The notes below the pieces were generated by a model, which saw only the letters and a program-made list of their open reading frames with translations, had not been told where the DNA came from and did not search any database. Of a stretch of 64,000 nt of DNA, positions 12,638 to 25,472 are shown in pieces. The position numbers were made by a program, and so were the translations under genes. Position 1 is the first letter of the stretch; each line of letters opens with the position of its first letter. The stretch comes from Felis catus. Lineage: Eukaryota. Location of the stretch: NCBI RefSeq assembly GCF_018350175.1, contig NC_058368.1, forward strand, positions 38,318,001 to 38,382,000, read 5' to 3'.

Positions 12638-13759
12638 AAAACCATGGGTTTTTAAACCAGAAAGCTTACAGACCTGCTTTTTAAAAACTTATAATGCGAC
12701 ATGGAAGACACGACATGCCATCATTTCTCTTCATTTTCAGATCCCAGGGTCCTCCCTTTTTCTAACAAAATCTGAGGAATTCTCCTGTTGGATTTTTTTT
12801 CCCTTTAGTGAAAATTCTGTAATCATTTTAGATGTCTCTACAGAAAATGTGTAATTAATGATGTGAAGTGGTTTGTAAGGGAACATTTTATCAGAAAGTA
12901 CAAGCGAGTAAATGAACTCTTACAATTCTATGCTTCAGTTTCAAATATAATATGCAAATCTCTACCCTTTGAAACCCTATAAAATGACTTTCTGAACTCT
13001 ATTATCCTAGGTTTAGTATAGTGATTAGACTGGGTCATCTCCTCTACATTGTCAGAAACTGTGCTATTTGGTAATTATCTAATTGTTGTTTTATTTCCAT
13101 TTTGATTATTTTATTCTCTGTTATTATTTTATCTTTGGCCTCAGACACATTTTTTCATATTAAAATTGCATTTGATTAGCTTTCAACTTTCTCAGACACA
13201 CATGATGAAGGGGTTTAAATCAATGTATCCTTGTATGTTTTGGCCTATTTCTTTGTTGCAATTCAAGTGACAAATTGCTATTTATTTGTCTGATAACTAT
13301 TATCAAATATTTCAGCATGTGAGTTGCTATTATCCAAGGGAATTTGAGTCAACAAACATGTACTTAAAAAGTAGTAGTGAAAAAAACACTATTCATAAAG
13401 TCAAATGTCCTGTAGTTTTTTTGGTCTGGCAGACTAGTTACAGATGTTACAGACATATAAAAACGTATCGTTAGTGGAACAGGAACCTGATTCCACATGG
13501 TTACTTGACATTCTCAAGGTCTCACAACCACTTTGAATAAGCTAAGCCTGAAACCATTGGTCACTTTATTATTTTTTTAAACACTGAAATCAACGAAGCT
13601 ATTTCTAGCCCCCATTTCTTTAACTTGGATAATCAAAATGAGTTTAATAAAACCCTGTCAACCAAATATCACATTATGCATAATAACATGTATCTCAAAG
13701 GTTATATTAAATGGAAAGATGAATCTGGAAAGCTAAGAGAATTACAGGTCATGGCTCAA

Positions 13760-14150
13760 TGTAAAATCACCATGGAAACAGCTTTCATGGCCAATTTGTG
13801 GGGAGATGTCAAAAGGCAGTAACCTGTGACTTCTTTTTCCAAAGCCTTGTCTATGAAGGTTACAGGTTCTATATCTGCTTTCATGATGACATTTGTCTAT
13901 GTTTTTGTAGGTTTCTATTCTGACAAGCACAAAACCCTGCACCAAGTTGAACCTGTCCTTTGTGATGAGGCTGTTGAACAGAAGAGCAGCATAGCAGTCT
14001 GTCTATTCTTGCTCCACATTCAGCTAAATGCCAACTCTGATCCCTTTGAGATGGTGCACAGGCTGAACTCAGGGAGAGTGTCATCTCTCAGTATCCAAGC
14101 TTCTTCAGAGAACCATGTGGTGAAACTTCTTGATTAAGGTCATGTTTTTA
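13760..14150 (-). mobile_element. Possible ancient RTE/L4-type LINE C-terminal relic
   Basis: Minus-strand peptides FHHMVL*RSLDT and RDQSWHLAECGARIDRLL..QQPHHKG echo RTE-clade motifs FHHRCLRRILGI and RRLRFAGH..R; the match is weak. Confidence 0.3.
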
Positions 14151-15209
14151 GTCCATGGCATCAATTTTTTTTTATAAGCTAAAGGATTATCTATCATCTA
14201 TCTCTATATAAATATAGATACAAATAGATACAAATAGATAAGATAGTGCTTCGAGCTTTTACTTCCAAATGATAAAACTATGCAAAGATAAATTATACAA
14301 TTCAGATATTAGTTTTGCATTATCTTATATAGTTTTGCATTGCAGTCTTTGTGATAAAATTGCATCTTTTGGGGCTTTATGTAAATCAGGCATGTATCAA
14401 AGAATCCTTTTAATGTGAGACTATATTTTACTGTAAAATAACTATTTTCATCTTGGCTTTGCCTACTAGATAGAATAATTATATTAAACCTTGATCTCTA
14501 GTCATTGCAAGCCATCAGTTTTAGATGTTTTATGAGCTTATCGGTAGTTTCCAAAAGACATCAGTATTCAGGCTTTATAGACTTGGGTAGAAAACTATGT
14601 GTCCTTGGATGGGGACTCATACCAAGTCTAGACAGAATTACCTTTTGCAAACATGTTCTTTCCATACTCTTTACCTGTAGTTTATAGCTTAAAATATTTT
14701 AAGTCTTCAGGGTCACTTACATTTTAACTTAAAGTTGTGGCTATGTACTCTAGTGTCAGTACAAGGATATGTAACTAGAAAAAAGGTCTCTTTCCAGTAC
14801 TACATACTCATTTCTTTTTTCAATCCCAAAGATCACTAGTTGCAGCTGTGACTGTTGCTGATTTAAAAGGGAATTGAAACCACTAAAAACTTGAGACCAT
14901 TGATCTTTTTTTTTTTTAAGAATTGTTAAAAAGGGAATCCAGACCATTAATTGGAATTCCAATACTCTTTTTTTTTATTTATTTTTTTATATGAAATTTA
15001 TTGACAAATTGGTTTCCATACAACACCCAGTGCTCATCCCAAAAGGTGCCCTCCTCAATACCCATCACCCACCCTCTCCTCCCTCCCACCCCCCATCAAC
15101 CCTCAGATTGTTCTCAGTTTTTAACAGTCTCTTATGCTTTGGCTCTCTCCCACTCTAACCTTTTTTTTTTTTTTTTCCTTCCCCTCCCCCATGGGTTCCT
15201 GTTAATTTC

Positions 15210-18200
15210 TCAGGGTCCACATAAGAGTGAAACCATATGGTATCTGTCTTTCTCTGTATGGCTTATTTCACTTAGCATCACACTCTCCAGTTCCATCCAC
15301 GTTGCTACAAAAGGCCATATTTCATTTTTTCTCATTGCCACGTAATATTCCATTGTGTATATAAACCACAATTTCTTTATCCATTCATCAGTTGATGGAC
15401 ATTTAGGCTCTTTCCATAATTTGGCTATTGTTGAGAGTGCTGTTATGAACATTGGGGTACAAGTGGCTCTATGCATCAGTACTCCTGTATCCCTTGGATA
15501 AATTCCTAGCAGTGCTATTGCTGGGTCATAGGGTAGGTCTATTTTTAATTTTCTGAGGAACCTCCACACTGCTTTCCAGAGCGGCTGCACCACTTTGCAT
15601 TCCCACCAACAGTGCAAGAGGGTTCCCATTTCTCCACATCCTCTCCAGCATCTATAGTCTCCTGATTTGTTCATTTTGGCCACTCTGACTGGCGTGAGGT
15701 GATACCTGAGTGTGGTTTTGATTTGTATTTCCCTGATAAGGAGCGACGCTGAACATCTTTTCATGTGCCTGTTGGCCATCCGGATGTCTTCTTTAGAGAA
15801 GTGTCTATTCATGTTTTCTGCCCATTTCTTCACTGGGTTATTTGTTTTTCGGGTGTGGAGTTTGGTGAGCTCTTTATAGATTTTGGATACTAGCCCTTTG
15901 TCCGATATGTCATTTGCGAATATCTTATCCCATTCCGTTGGTTGCCTTTTAGTTTTGTTGGTTGTTTCCTTTGCTGTGCAGAAGCTTTTTATCTTCATAA
16001 GGTCCCAGTAATTCACTTTTGCTTTTAATTCCCTTGCTTTTGGGGATGTGTCGAGTAAGAGATTGCTACGGCTGAGGTCAGAGAGGTCTTTTCCTGCTTT
16101 CTCCTCTAAGGTTTTGATGGTTTCCTGTCTCACATTCAGGTCCTTTATCCATTTTGAGTTTATTTTTGTGAATGGTGTGAGAAAGTGGTCTAGTTTCAAC
16201 CTTCTGCATGTTGCTGTCCAGTTCTCCCAGCACCATTTGTTAAAGAGGCTGTCTTTTTTCCATTGGATGTTCTTTCCTGCTTTGTCAAAGATGAGTTGGC
16301 CATACGTTTGTGGGTCTAGTTCTGGGGTTTCTATTCTATTCCATTGGTCTATGTGTCTGTTTTTGTGCCAATACCATGCTGTCTTGATGATGACAGCTTT
16401 GTAGTAGAGGCTAAAGTCTGGGATTGTGATGCCTCCTGCTTTGGTCTTCTTCTTCAAAATTCCTTTGGCTATTCAGGGCCTTTTGTGGTTCCATATGAAT
16501 TTTAGGATTGCTTGTTCTAGTTTCGAGAAGAATGCTGGTGCAGTTTTGATTGGGATTGCATTGAATGTGTAGATAGCTTTGGGTAGTATTGACATTTTGA
16601 CAATATTTATTTTTCCAATCCATGAGCAGGGAATGTCTTTCCATTTCTTTAAATCTTCTTCAATTTCCTTCATAAGCTTTCTATAGTTTTCAGCATACAG
16701 ATCCTTTACATCTTTGGTTAGATTTATTCCTAGGTATTTTATGCTTCTTGGTGCAATTGTGAATGGGATCAGTTTCTTTATTTGTCTTTCTGTTGCTTCA
16801 TTGTTAGTGTATAAGAATGCAACTGATTTCTGTACATTGATTTTGTATCCTGCAACTTTGCTGAATTCCTGTATCAGTTCTAGTAGACTTTTGGTGGAGT
16901 CTATCGGATTTTCCATGTATAATATCATGTCATCTGCAAAAAGCGAAAGCTTGACTTCATCTTTGCCAATTTGGATGCCTTTGATTTCCTTTTGTTGTCT
17001 GATTGCTGATGCTAGAACTTCCAGCACTATGTTAAACAGCAGCGGTGAGAGTGGGCAACCTTGTCGTGTTCCTGATCTCAGGGAAAAAGCTCTCAGTTTT
17101 TCCCCGTTGAGGATGATGTTAGCTGTGGGCTTTTCATAAATGGCTTTTATGATCTTTAAGTATGTTCCTTCTATCCCGACTTTCTCAAGGGTTTTTATTA
17201 AGAAAGCGTGCTGGATTTTGTCAAAGGCCTTTTCTGCATCGATTGACAGGATCATATGGTTCTTCTCTTTTTTTTTGTTAATGTGATGTATCACGTTGAT
17301 TGATTTGCGAATGTTGAACCAGCCCTGCCTCCCAGGAATGAATCCCACTTGATCATGGTGAATAATTCTTTTTATATGTCGTTGAATTCGATTTGCTAGT
17401 ATCTTATTGAGAATTTTTGCATCCATATTCATCAGGGATATTGGCCTGTAGTTCTCTTTTTTGACTGGGTCTCTGTCTGGTTTAGGAATCAAAGTAATAC
17501 TGGCTTCATAGAATGAGTCTGGAAGTTTTCCTTCCCTTTCTATTTCTTGGAATAGCTTGAGAAGGATAGGTATTATCTCTTCTTTAAACGTCTGGTAGAA
17601 CTCCCCTGGGAAGCCATCTGGTCCTGGACTCTTATTTGTTGGGAGATTTTTGATAACCGATTCAATTTCTTCGCTGGTTATGGGTCTGTTCAAGCTTTCT
17701 ATGTCCTCCTGATTGAGTTTTGGAAGAGTGTGGGTGTTTAGGAATTTGTCCATTTCTTCCAGGTTGTCCAATTTGTTGGCATATAATTTTTCATAGTATT
17801 CCCTGATAATTGTTTGTATTTCTGAGGGATTGGTTGTAATACTTCCATTTTCATTCATGATTTTATCTATTTGGGTCATCTCCCTTTTCTTTTTGAGAAG
17901 CCTGGCTAGAGGTTTGTCAATTTTGTTTATTTTTTCAAAAAACCAACTCTTGGTTTCATTGATCTGCTCTACAGTTTTTTTAGATTCTATATTGTTTATT
18001 TCTGCTCTGATCTTTATTATTTCTCTTCTTCTGCTGGGTTTAGGCTGCCTTTGCTGTTCTGCTTCTAGTTCCTTTAGGTGTGCTGTTAGATTTTGTATTT
18101 GGGATTTTTCTTGTTTCTTGAGATAGGCCTGGATTGCAATGTATTTTCCTCTCAGGACTGCCTTCGCTGCATCCCAAAGCGTTTGGATTGTTGTATTTTC

Positions 18201-19034
18201 ATTTTCGTTTGTTTCCATATATTTTTTAATTTCTTCTCTAATTGCCTGGTTGACCCACTCATTCGTTAGTAGGGTGTTCTTTAACCTCCATGCCTTTGGA
18301 GGTTTTCCAGACTTTTTTCTGTGGTTGATTTCAAGCTTCATAGCATTGTGGTCTGAAAGTATGCATGGTATAATTTCAATTCTTGTAAACTTATGAAGGG
18401 CTGTTTTGTGACCCAGTATATGATCTATCTTGGAGAATGTTCCATGTGCACTCGAGAAGAAAGTATATTCTGTTGCTTTGGGATGCAGAGTTCTAAATAT
18501 ATCTGTCAAGTCCATCTGATCCAATGTCTCATTCAGGGCCCTTGTTTCTTTATTGACCGTGTGTCTAGATGATCTGTCCATTTCTCTAAGTGGGGTGTTA
18601 AAGTCCCCTGCAATTACCACATTCTTATCAATAAGGTTGCTTATGTTTGTGAGTAATTGTTTTATATATTTGGGGGCTCCGGTATTCGGCGCATAGACAT
18701 TTATAATTGTTAGCTCTTCCTGATGGATAGACCCTGTAACTAGTATATAATGTCCTTCTTCATCTCTTGTTACAGCCTTTAATTTAAAGTCTAGTTTGTC
18801 TGATATAAGTATGGCTACTCCAGCTTTCTTTTGGCTTCCAGTCGCATGATAAATAGTTCTCCATCCCCTCACTCTCAATCTAAAGGTGTCCTCAGGTCTA
18901 AAATGAGTCTCTTGTAGACAGCAAATAGATGGGTCTTGTTTTTTTATCCATTCTGATACCCTATGTCTTTTGGTTGGCGCATTTAATCCATTTACATTCA
19001 GTGTTATTATAGAAAGATATGGGTTTAGAGTCAT
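15210..19034 (-). pseudogene. ORF2: L1 ORF2 (APE endonuclease, reverse transcriptase, Cys-rich domain), 1274 codons with one in-frame TGA at 16473-16475
   Basis: [18 protein letters not shown]...CCLQETH...GDFN...SDH (EN), FADD (RT), [18 protein letters not shown]. The 871-aa and 415-aa ORFs share a frame, separated by [13 protein letters not shown]. Confidence 0.97.
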
Positions 19035-19084
19035 TGTGATGTCTGAATGTTTTATGCTTGTAGTGATGTCTCTGGGACTTTGTC

Positions 19085-19978
19085 TCACAGGGTCCCCCTT
19101 AGGATCTCTTGTAGGGCTGGTTTAGTGGTGACAAATTCCTTCAGTTTTTGTTTGTTTGGGAAGACCTTTATCTCTCCTTCTATTCTAAATGACAGACTTG
19201 CTGGATAAAGGATTCTCGGCTGCATATTTTTTCTGTCTAGCACCCTGAAAATCTCGTGCCAATTCTTTCTGGCCTGCCAAGTTTCAAAAGAGAGATCAGT
19301 CACGAGTCTTATAGGTCTCCCTTTATATGTGAGGGCACGTTTACCCCTTGCTGCTTTCAGAATTTTCTATTTATCCTTGTATTTTGCCAGTTTCACTATG
19401 ATATGTCGTGCAGAAGATCGATTCAAGTTACGTCTGAAGGGAGTTCTCTGTGCCTCTTGGATTTCAATGCCTTTTTCCTTCCCCAGTTCAGGGAAGTTCT
19501 CAGCTATTATTTCTTCAAGTACCCCTTCAGCACCTTTCCCTCTCTCTTCCTCCTCTGGGATACCAATTATGCGTATATTATTTCTTTTTAGTGTATCACT
19601 TAGTTCTCTAATTTTCCCCTCATACTCCTGGATTTTTTTATCTCTCTTTTTCTCAGCTTCCTCTTTTTCCATAACTTTATCTTCTAGTTCACCTATTCTC
19701 TCCTCTGCCTCTTCAAGCCGAGCTGTGGTGGTTTCCATTTTGTTATGCATTTCGTTTAAAGCATTTTTCAGCTCCTCGTGACTGTTCCTTAGTCCCTTTA
19801 TCTCTGTAGCAAGAGATTCTCTGCTGTCCTGTATACTGTTTTCAAGCCCAGCGATTAATTTTATGACTATTATTCTAAATTCACTTTCTGTTATATTATT
19901 TAAATCCTTTTTGATCAGCTCAGTAGCTGTTGTTATTTCCTGGAGATTCTTCTGAGGGGAATTCTCCCGCTTGGTCAT
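19085..19978 (-). pseudogene. ORF1: L1 ORF1 RNA-binding/coiled-coil protein, 297 codons with one in-frame TAG at 19367-19369
   Basis: MTKRENSPQ...coiled coil...RNNIRIIGIPE...ARHIIVKL...YKDK*KILKAAR...YPASLSF...KPALQEIL. Both pieces are in the same frame. Confidence 0.95.
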
Positions 19979-20906
19979 TTTGGATAGTCCCTGGCGTAGT
20001 GAGGACCTGCAGGGCACTTCCCCTGTGCTGTGGTGTATAACTGGAGTTGGTGGGCGGGGCCGCAGTCAGACCTGATGTCTGCCCCCAGCCCACCGCTGGG
20101 GCCACAGTCAGACTGGTGTGTGCCTTCTCTTCCCCTCTCCTAGGGGTGGGATTCACTGTGGGGTGGGGTGGCCCGTCTGGGCTACTTGCACACTGCCAGG
20201 CTTGTGATGCTGGGGATCTGGCGTATTAGCTGGGGTGGGTAGGCAAGGTGCACGGGGGCAGGAGGGGCAGGCTTAGATCGCTTCTCCTTAGGTGATCCTC
20301 TTCAGGAGGGGCCCTGTGGCAGCGGGAGGGAGTCAGATCCGCTGCCAGAGGTTTGGCTCCGCAGAAGCACAGAGTTGGGTGTTTGTGCGGAGCGAGCAAG
20401 TTCCCTGGCAGGAACTGGTTCTCTTTGGGATTTTGGCTGGGGGATGGGCGGGGGAGATGGCGCTGGCGAGCGCCTTTGTTCCCCACCAAACTGAGCTCTG
20501 TTGTCAGGGGGCTCAGCAGCTCTCCCTCCCTTTGTCCTCCAGCCTTCCCGCTTTCCGAGCAGAGCTGTTAACTATGACCTCCCAGACGCTAAGTCGCGCT
20601 TGTTGTGGGAACACAGTCCGTCAGGCCCCTCCGCTTTTGCCAGCCAGACTCGGGGGCTCTGCTTGGCCGGCGAGCCGCCCCTCCGCCCCGGCTCCCTCCC
20701 GCCAGTCCGTGGAGCGCGCACTGCCTCGCCGCCCTTCCTACCCTCTTCTGTGGGCCTCTCGTCTTTGTTTGGCTCCAGCGACTCCGTTCTGCTAATCCTC
20801 TGACGATTTTCTGGGTTATTTAGGCAGGTGTAGGTGGAATCTAAGTGATCAGCAGGACGCGCGGTGAGCCCAGCGTCCTCCTAAGCCGCCATCTTGCCGC
20901 TTCTCC
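19979..20906 (-). promoter_or_regulatory. L1 5'UTR internal promoter / CpG island with terminal YY1 site
   Basis: GC- and CpG-rich. rc of 20885-20896 is CAAGATGGCGGC (YY1 consensus), about 10 nt from the 5' end. Confidence 0.9.
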
Positions 20907-21123
20907 CCAATACTCTTCTTAATTAAAATAATATTATGGCTATGAGGACAAACTCATTATTTTCCAGGATACTCATTCCCCAAGAGACTCAAAACAAACA
21001 TCCCATTTTAAAATGGAAAACGTTTTAATAGAAAAAAATGTATAATTTGGCTTAAAGTACTCCAGCATTCATGAAAAAAAAAGTATTAATTGCAATTTCT
21101 GTTGCATTTCAAATAAGCAATTA

Positions 21124-21330
21124 GGGGTGTCTGGGTGGCTCAGTCAGTTAAGCATCTGACGTCGGCTCAGGTCATGATCTCACAGTTCATGGTTTCAAGC
21201 CCAGCGTCAGGCTCTGTGATGACAGCTCAGAGCCTGGTGCCTGCTTCTGTCTCCCTCTCTATCTCTGCCCCTTCCCTGCTTGCACTCTCTCTCTCTCAAA
21301 AATAAATAAATGTTAAAAAAAATAAAAATA
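21124..21330 (+). mobile_element. Can-SINE
   Basis: GGGGTGTCTGGGTGGCTCAGTCAGTTAAGC head, (CT)n, A-tail. Confidence 0.92.
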
Positions 21331-21798
21331 AACATGCAATCCTATTATAACCTAAGATAAGAGAAATTAGCCCGTAGCTAATGAGATTTTTCTGGTACAG
21401 CACAATTTGGTCTCATTTGGTTATTATAGCTTTTGAAATAATTGTGACAATTTCTGCTTCACATAGTTGAGAAGGTCAGTTGAAGAGCTTTACATGTTCT
21501 TTAAAAGTCAGTGAGATGGCTACTGCTTTTTTGCCCTGATATGTAGCTACACAGGCGTCTGAGTAGAAATTCCTTTGAAAACTATAGTATATGTATACAT
21601 GTGTATTCACATTAAGCTTTTAATGTGACAACCTGACTTCTTTGAATTTGATGTTTTATAAATTTGCCTCTGATACCATACAGCTCATCTTCCAAAGTTT
21701 TAAAAGAAAATTCTATTTTCTGTAAGTAATCTTTACAAAAGAAAAATTACACAAATATATTGTGTTGATAGAATAATTACAATGAAAGGAACTACTTT

Positions 21799-22012
21799 TA
21801 AAATTTTTTTTAACATTATTTGTTTTTGAGACAGAGAGACAGAGCATGAACGGGGGAGGGGCAGAGAGAGAGGGAGGCACAGAATCTGAAACAGGCTCCA
21901 GGCTCTGAGCCATCAGCCCAGAGTCCGACACGGGGCTCAAACTCACGGACCCTTGTGATCGTGATCTGAGCTGAAGTCGGATGCTTAACCAACTGAGCCA
22001 CCCAGGTGCCCC
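21799..22012 (-). mobile_element. Can-SINE
   Basis: 16-bp TSD TGAAAGGAACTACTTT at 21783-21798 and 22013-22028. Confidence 0.95.
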
Positions 22013-22395
22013 TGAAAGGAACTACTTTAAGTGACTTTAAAATACAGTAATTAGAGTTGGGCTCCTGGTCAGGTGACCCAAAAAATGGGAAGAGGGTAAA
22101 ACTGCTGTTAGTATCACATTGTTAGTAGCCACCTGGAATTGTTTTTCTGAGATACAAGTTTTCTGAATAATTATGTAAGTGCCTAACATGGAAAAAAGAG
22201 ATCCTGATTTCATTTTAAATTCAGAACTGTATGTGTAATCTTATATTTAAACTCATCATGTATTTTCAAACTTAAAACACATTTCCTAGCTCTGTTAAAT
22301 CGAGAGGACTGGAATCATTAAGTCAATAAACAGACACTGTTATAGTCTACACTGTGATTTCTAAATATCATTTCTCATTTAAAAAATAAATTTTT

Positions 22396-22618
22396 GGGGG
22401 CGCCTGGGTGGCACAGTTGGTTAAGCGTCTGACTTCAGCCAGGTCACGATCTCGCGGTCCGTGAGTTCGAGCCCCGCGTCGGGCTCTGGGCTGATGGCTC
22501 GGAGCCTGGAGCCTGTTTCCGATTCTGTGTCTCCCTCTCTCTCTGCCCCTCCCCCGTTCATGCTCTGTCTCTCTCTGTCCCAAAAATAAACGTTGAAAAA
22601 AAAATTAAAAAAAAAATA
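22396..22618 (+). mobile_element. Young SINEC_Fc-like SINE
   Basis: TSD AAAAATAAATTTTTGG at 22382-22397 and 22619-22634; many intact CpGs. Confidence 0.96.
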
Positions 22619-23009
22619 AAAAATAAATTTTTGGATTTAAGGCCTAGACAGGAAGTATACAAAATAATCTAGGAACATCCTCTCATACCAAAAGAAAGAA
22701 AACTAAAGAAATTTACAAAGTTCATGTCAAAGGAGGTAGAAACCAAATTAAGTAGGTTATCATGGGACAAAGTTGGACACATTTAAGCATTGATAGTAAT
22801 TAAAAAAAAAATGGTTTCAAATACCTAAAAGGTTTAAACCCAAGAGGTCTTAATGGCACTCAAAACCCACAAAATTTCATTGAATAGCAGAAAATCAACT
22901 CTATTATTCTGGAAAATGGTGAAAAAAAAGTATTCTTTAGACTAACCAACTAGCTGATGAAGGGAAGATTTTCTGTATAGCTGTCTATCCATAATAAATA
23001 AGGAATGGC

Positions 23010-24771
23010 AAGCTATAAAGAATAAAATACCTACGAATAAACCTAACCAAGGAGGTAAAAGACGTGCACGTTGAAAACTATAATACATTGACAAAGGAAA
23101 CTGAGGATGATGCAGAGAAATGGAAAACTAGTCCATACTCATGGATTGAAAGAATATCATTAAAATGTCCATTCTACTCAAAGAAATCTTACAGATTCAA
23201 CTCAATCCTTATCAAAATACCAACAGCAGTTTTCACAAAACTAGAACAAATAATCCTAAAAATGGTATGGAACCACCGAAGACCCTGAATAGCTAAAACA
23301 ATCTTGAGAAAGAAAACAAAACTGGAGGTATCACAATCCCAGATTTTCAGATCTAATACAAAGCTATAGCAATCAAAATTATATGGTACTGGCACAAAAA
23401 TAGACACATAGATTAATGGAACAGGATAGTGAGCCCAGAAATAATCCCCTGCTTACAGGGTCAGTCTACAGCAAAGCAGACAAGAATGTACAATGGAAAA
23501 AAAAGTCCCTTCGACCAATGTCCAGTTGGGAAAACTGGACAATTACATGCAAAAGAGTGAAACTGGACCACTTTCTTCCACCATACACAAACATAAACTT
23601 AAAATGGATTAAAGATCTGAATATAAGACTTGAAACCATACAACCCCTAAAAGAAAACATAGGGAGTAATCTCTTGGACATCAGCCTTAACAACACATTT
23701 ATGGATATGTCTCCTCAGACAAGACAAATAAAGGCAAAAATTAACTTTTGTGATGATACTAAACCAAAAAGCTTTTGCACAATGAAGAAAACTATCAGCA
23801 AAACAAAAAGGCATCCCAGTCAATGGGAGAAGATATTTGTAAGTGATATGTCCGATAAGGGGTTAATATCCAAAATATATAAAGAACGTATACAACTCAA
23901 CACCACAAATAATCTGATTAAAAATGGGCAGAGCACCTGAATAGACATTTTTCCAAAAAGACCTACAGATGACCAACAGACACATGAAAGGATGTTGAAC
24001 ATCTCCAATCATCAGGGTAATGCATTGAAAACAATGAAAAATCTTATACCTGTCAAAGCAGCTAGAATCAGAAAGAAACAACAAGTGTTGACAAGAATGT
24101 GGAGAAAAAGAAACACTCCACTGTGGGTGGGAATGCCAATTGGTGTGTCAACTGTGGAAAACAGTATGGAGGCTCTTTAAAAAATTAAAAAGAATATTAC
24201 CATATGATCCAGTAATTCCACTACTGGGTATTTACTCAAAAAAAAAAAAAAAACAAAAACAAAAAAAAAAAAAACAAAAGCAAAACAAAAAAACCCACTA
24301 ATTCCAAAGTGTGTGTGTGTGTGTGTGTACAGCTAATGAAATATTATTCAGCCATAAAAAAAGAATGAAATGTTGCTATTGGCAACAACATGGATGGATT
24401 TAGCGGTAACCACACTAAATGAAATATGTCAAAAAGATGAAAAGAAATACCGTATGATTTCACCCATATGTGTAATCCAAAAACCAAAGCAAAAAATACC
24501 AATAAATACAGAGAACTGATGGCTGCCCGAGGGAAGGGAGGTAAGAGGATGGACGAAATTGTTGAAGGCAAGGGGAAGGCCAGGCTTCCAGTTATGGAAT
24601 GAACAAGTCACAGGCCACAGCATGAGAATATAGTCAATGTTACGTAACAGCATTATACACTGGTAACTACACTTTTGGTGAACATAGTGTAACAAATGGA
24701 CGTGTCCAATGTTGTACATCTGAAACTAATGTAACATTGTGTGTCAGCTATACTTCAGTCAAAAGAAAAAG
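23010..24771 (+). mobile_element. 5'-truncated older carnivore L1 (ORF2 3' part plus 3'UTR)
   Basis: ORF2-like peptides (KLEQIILKMVWNHRRP, WENWTITCKRVKLDHFL). Possible TSD AAGGAATG at 23000-23007 and 24772-24779. Confidence 0.92.
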
Positions 24772-25075
24772 AAGGAATGAGAAAATATTAACGTTTTTAA
24801 GGCTTTTAAAAATAGCAAAAATAAGGGTCAAGGTTTTTTTTTGTGTTAACTACACAAAGATTTTTGTTACTCCGTATGGAAATGTACAATAGCACTACTA
24901 AAGAACACTAGCCAAAAAAAAAAAAAAAAAATGCCAAATATTATTCTTATCAAGCCTGGACAAACCAATTTATAGAAAATTTAAAGGATGGAGATACAAG
25001 TTACAGGACAACACAGGGATACAAGAAATAAGACCCTGACTAGTTAAGTTTACCGATTATACAGCATGGTTTCTT

Positions 25076-25232
25076 TCTCTCTTTCTTTGTCTTTAAAGGA
25101 AGAGAGAAAGAAAAGGAGAGAGAGAGAGAGAATCTCAAGCACATGTAGGCTCAGTCTCACAACTGTCATCTCATGACCTGAGCCAAAATCAAGACTTGGC
25201 TGCTTAACTTACTGAACCACCCAGGTGCCCCT
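25076..25232 (-). mobile_element. Can-SINE (short, older); first of a cluster of four
   Basis: ...ATGACCTGAGCCAAAATCAAGACTTGGCTGCTTAAC...CACCCAGGTGCCCC. Confidence 0.85.
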
Positions 25233-25254
25233 CGATGTGTTTTATTGTTGTTGT

Positions 25255-25463
25255 ATTTTTTTAAATTTTTTAATGTTTTATTTTATTTTTGAGACAGAGA
25301 GAGACAGAGCATGAACAGGGGAGGGTCAGAGAGAGAGGGAGACACACAATCTGAAGCAGGCTCTGGGCTCCAAGCTGTCAGCACAGGGCTGGAACTCAAG
25401 ACTGCAAGATCATGACACGAGCCGAAGTCGGAAGCTCAATGGACTGAGCCACCCAGGCACCCC
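25255..25463 (-). mobile_element. Can-SINE; second of the cluster
   Basis: TSD TGTTGTTGT at 25246-25254 and 25464-25472. Confidence 0.92.
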
Positions 25464-25472
25464 TGTTGTTGT

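Larger units (their letters stand above)
14970..20906 (-). mobile_element. Full-length young LINE-1 (L1_Fc-like), ~5.94 kb
   Basis: TSD CCAATACTCTT at 14959-14969 and 20907-20917. Poly(A) tail (T-run at the left end), G-rich 3'UTR, ORF1, ORF2 and a ~930-bp CpG-rich 5'UTR. Confidence 0.98.

Noticed and set aside
13826..14137. 103-aa plus-strand ORF as a host exon
   Set aside because: Non-ATG start, no recognisable protein family and no convincing splice boundaries.
16048..19781. Plus-strand ORFs of 85-150 aa (e.g. 16714-17139, 19329-19781)
   Set aside because: Antisense shadows of A-rich L1 ORF1/ORF2; no independent support.
20056..20128. Two-copy ~42-bp-period repeat in the L1 5'UTR
   Set aside because: Small internal duplication; not a mouse-type monomer array and likely part of the family consensus.
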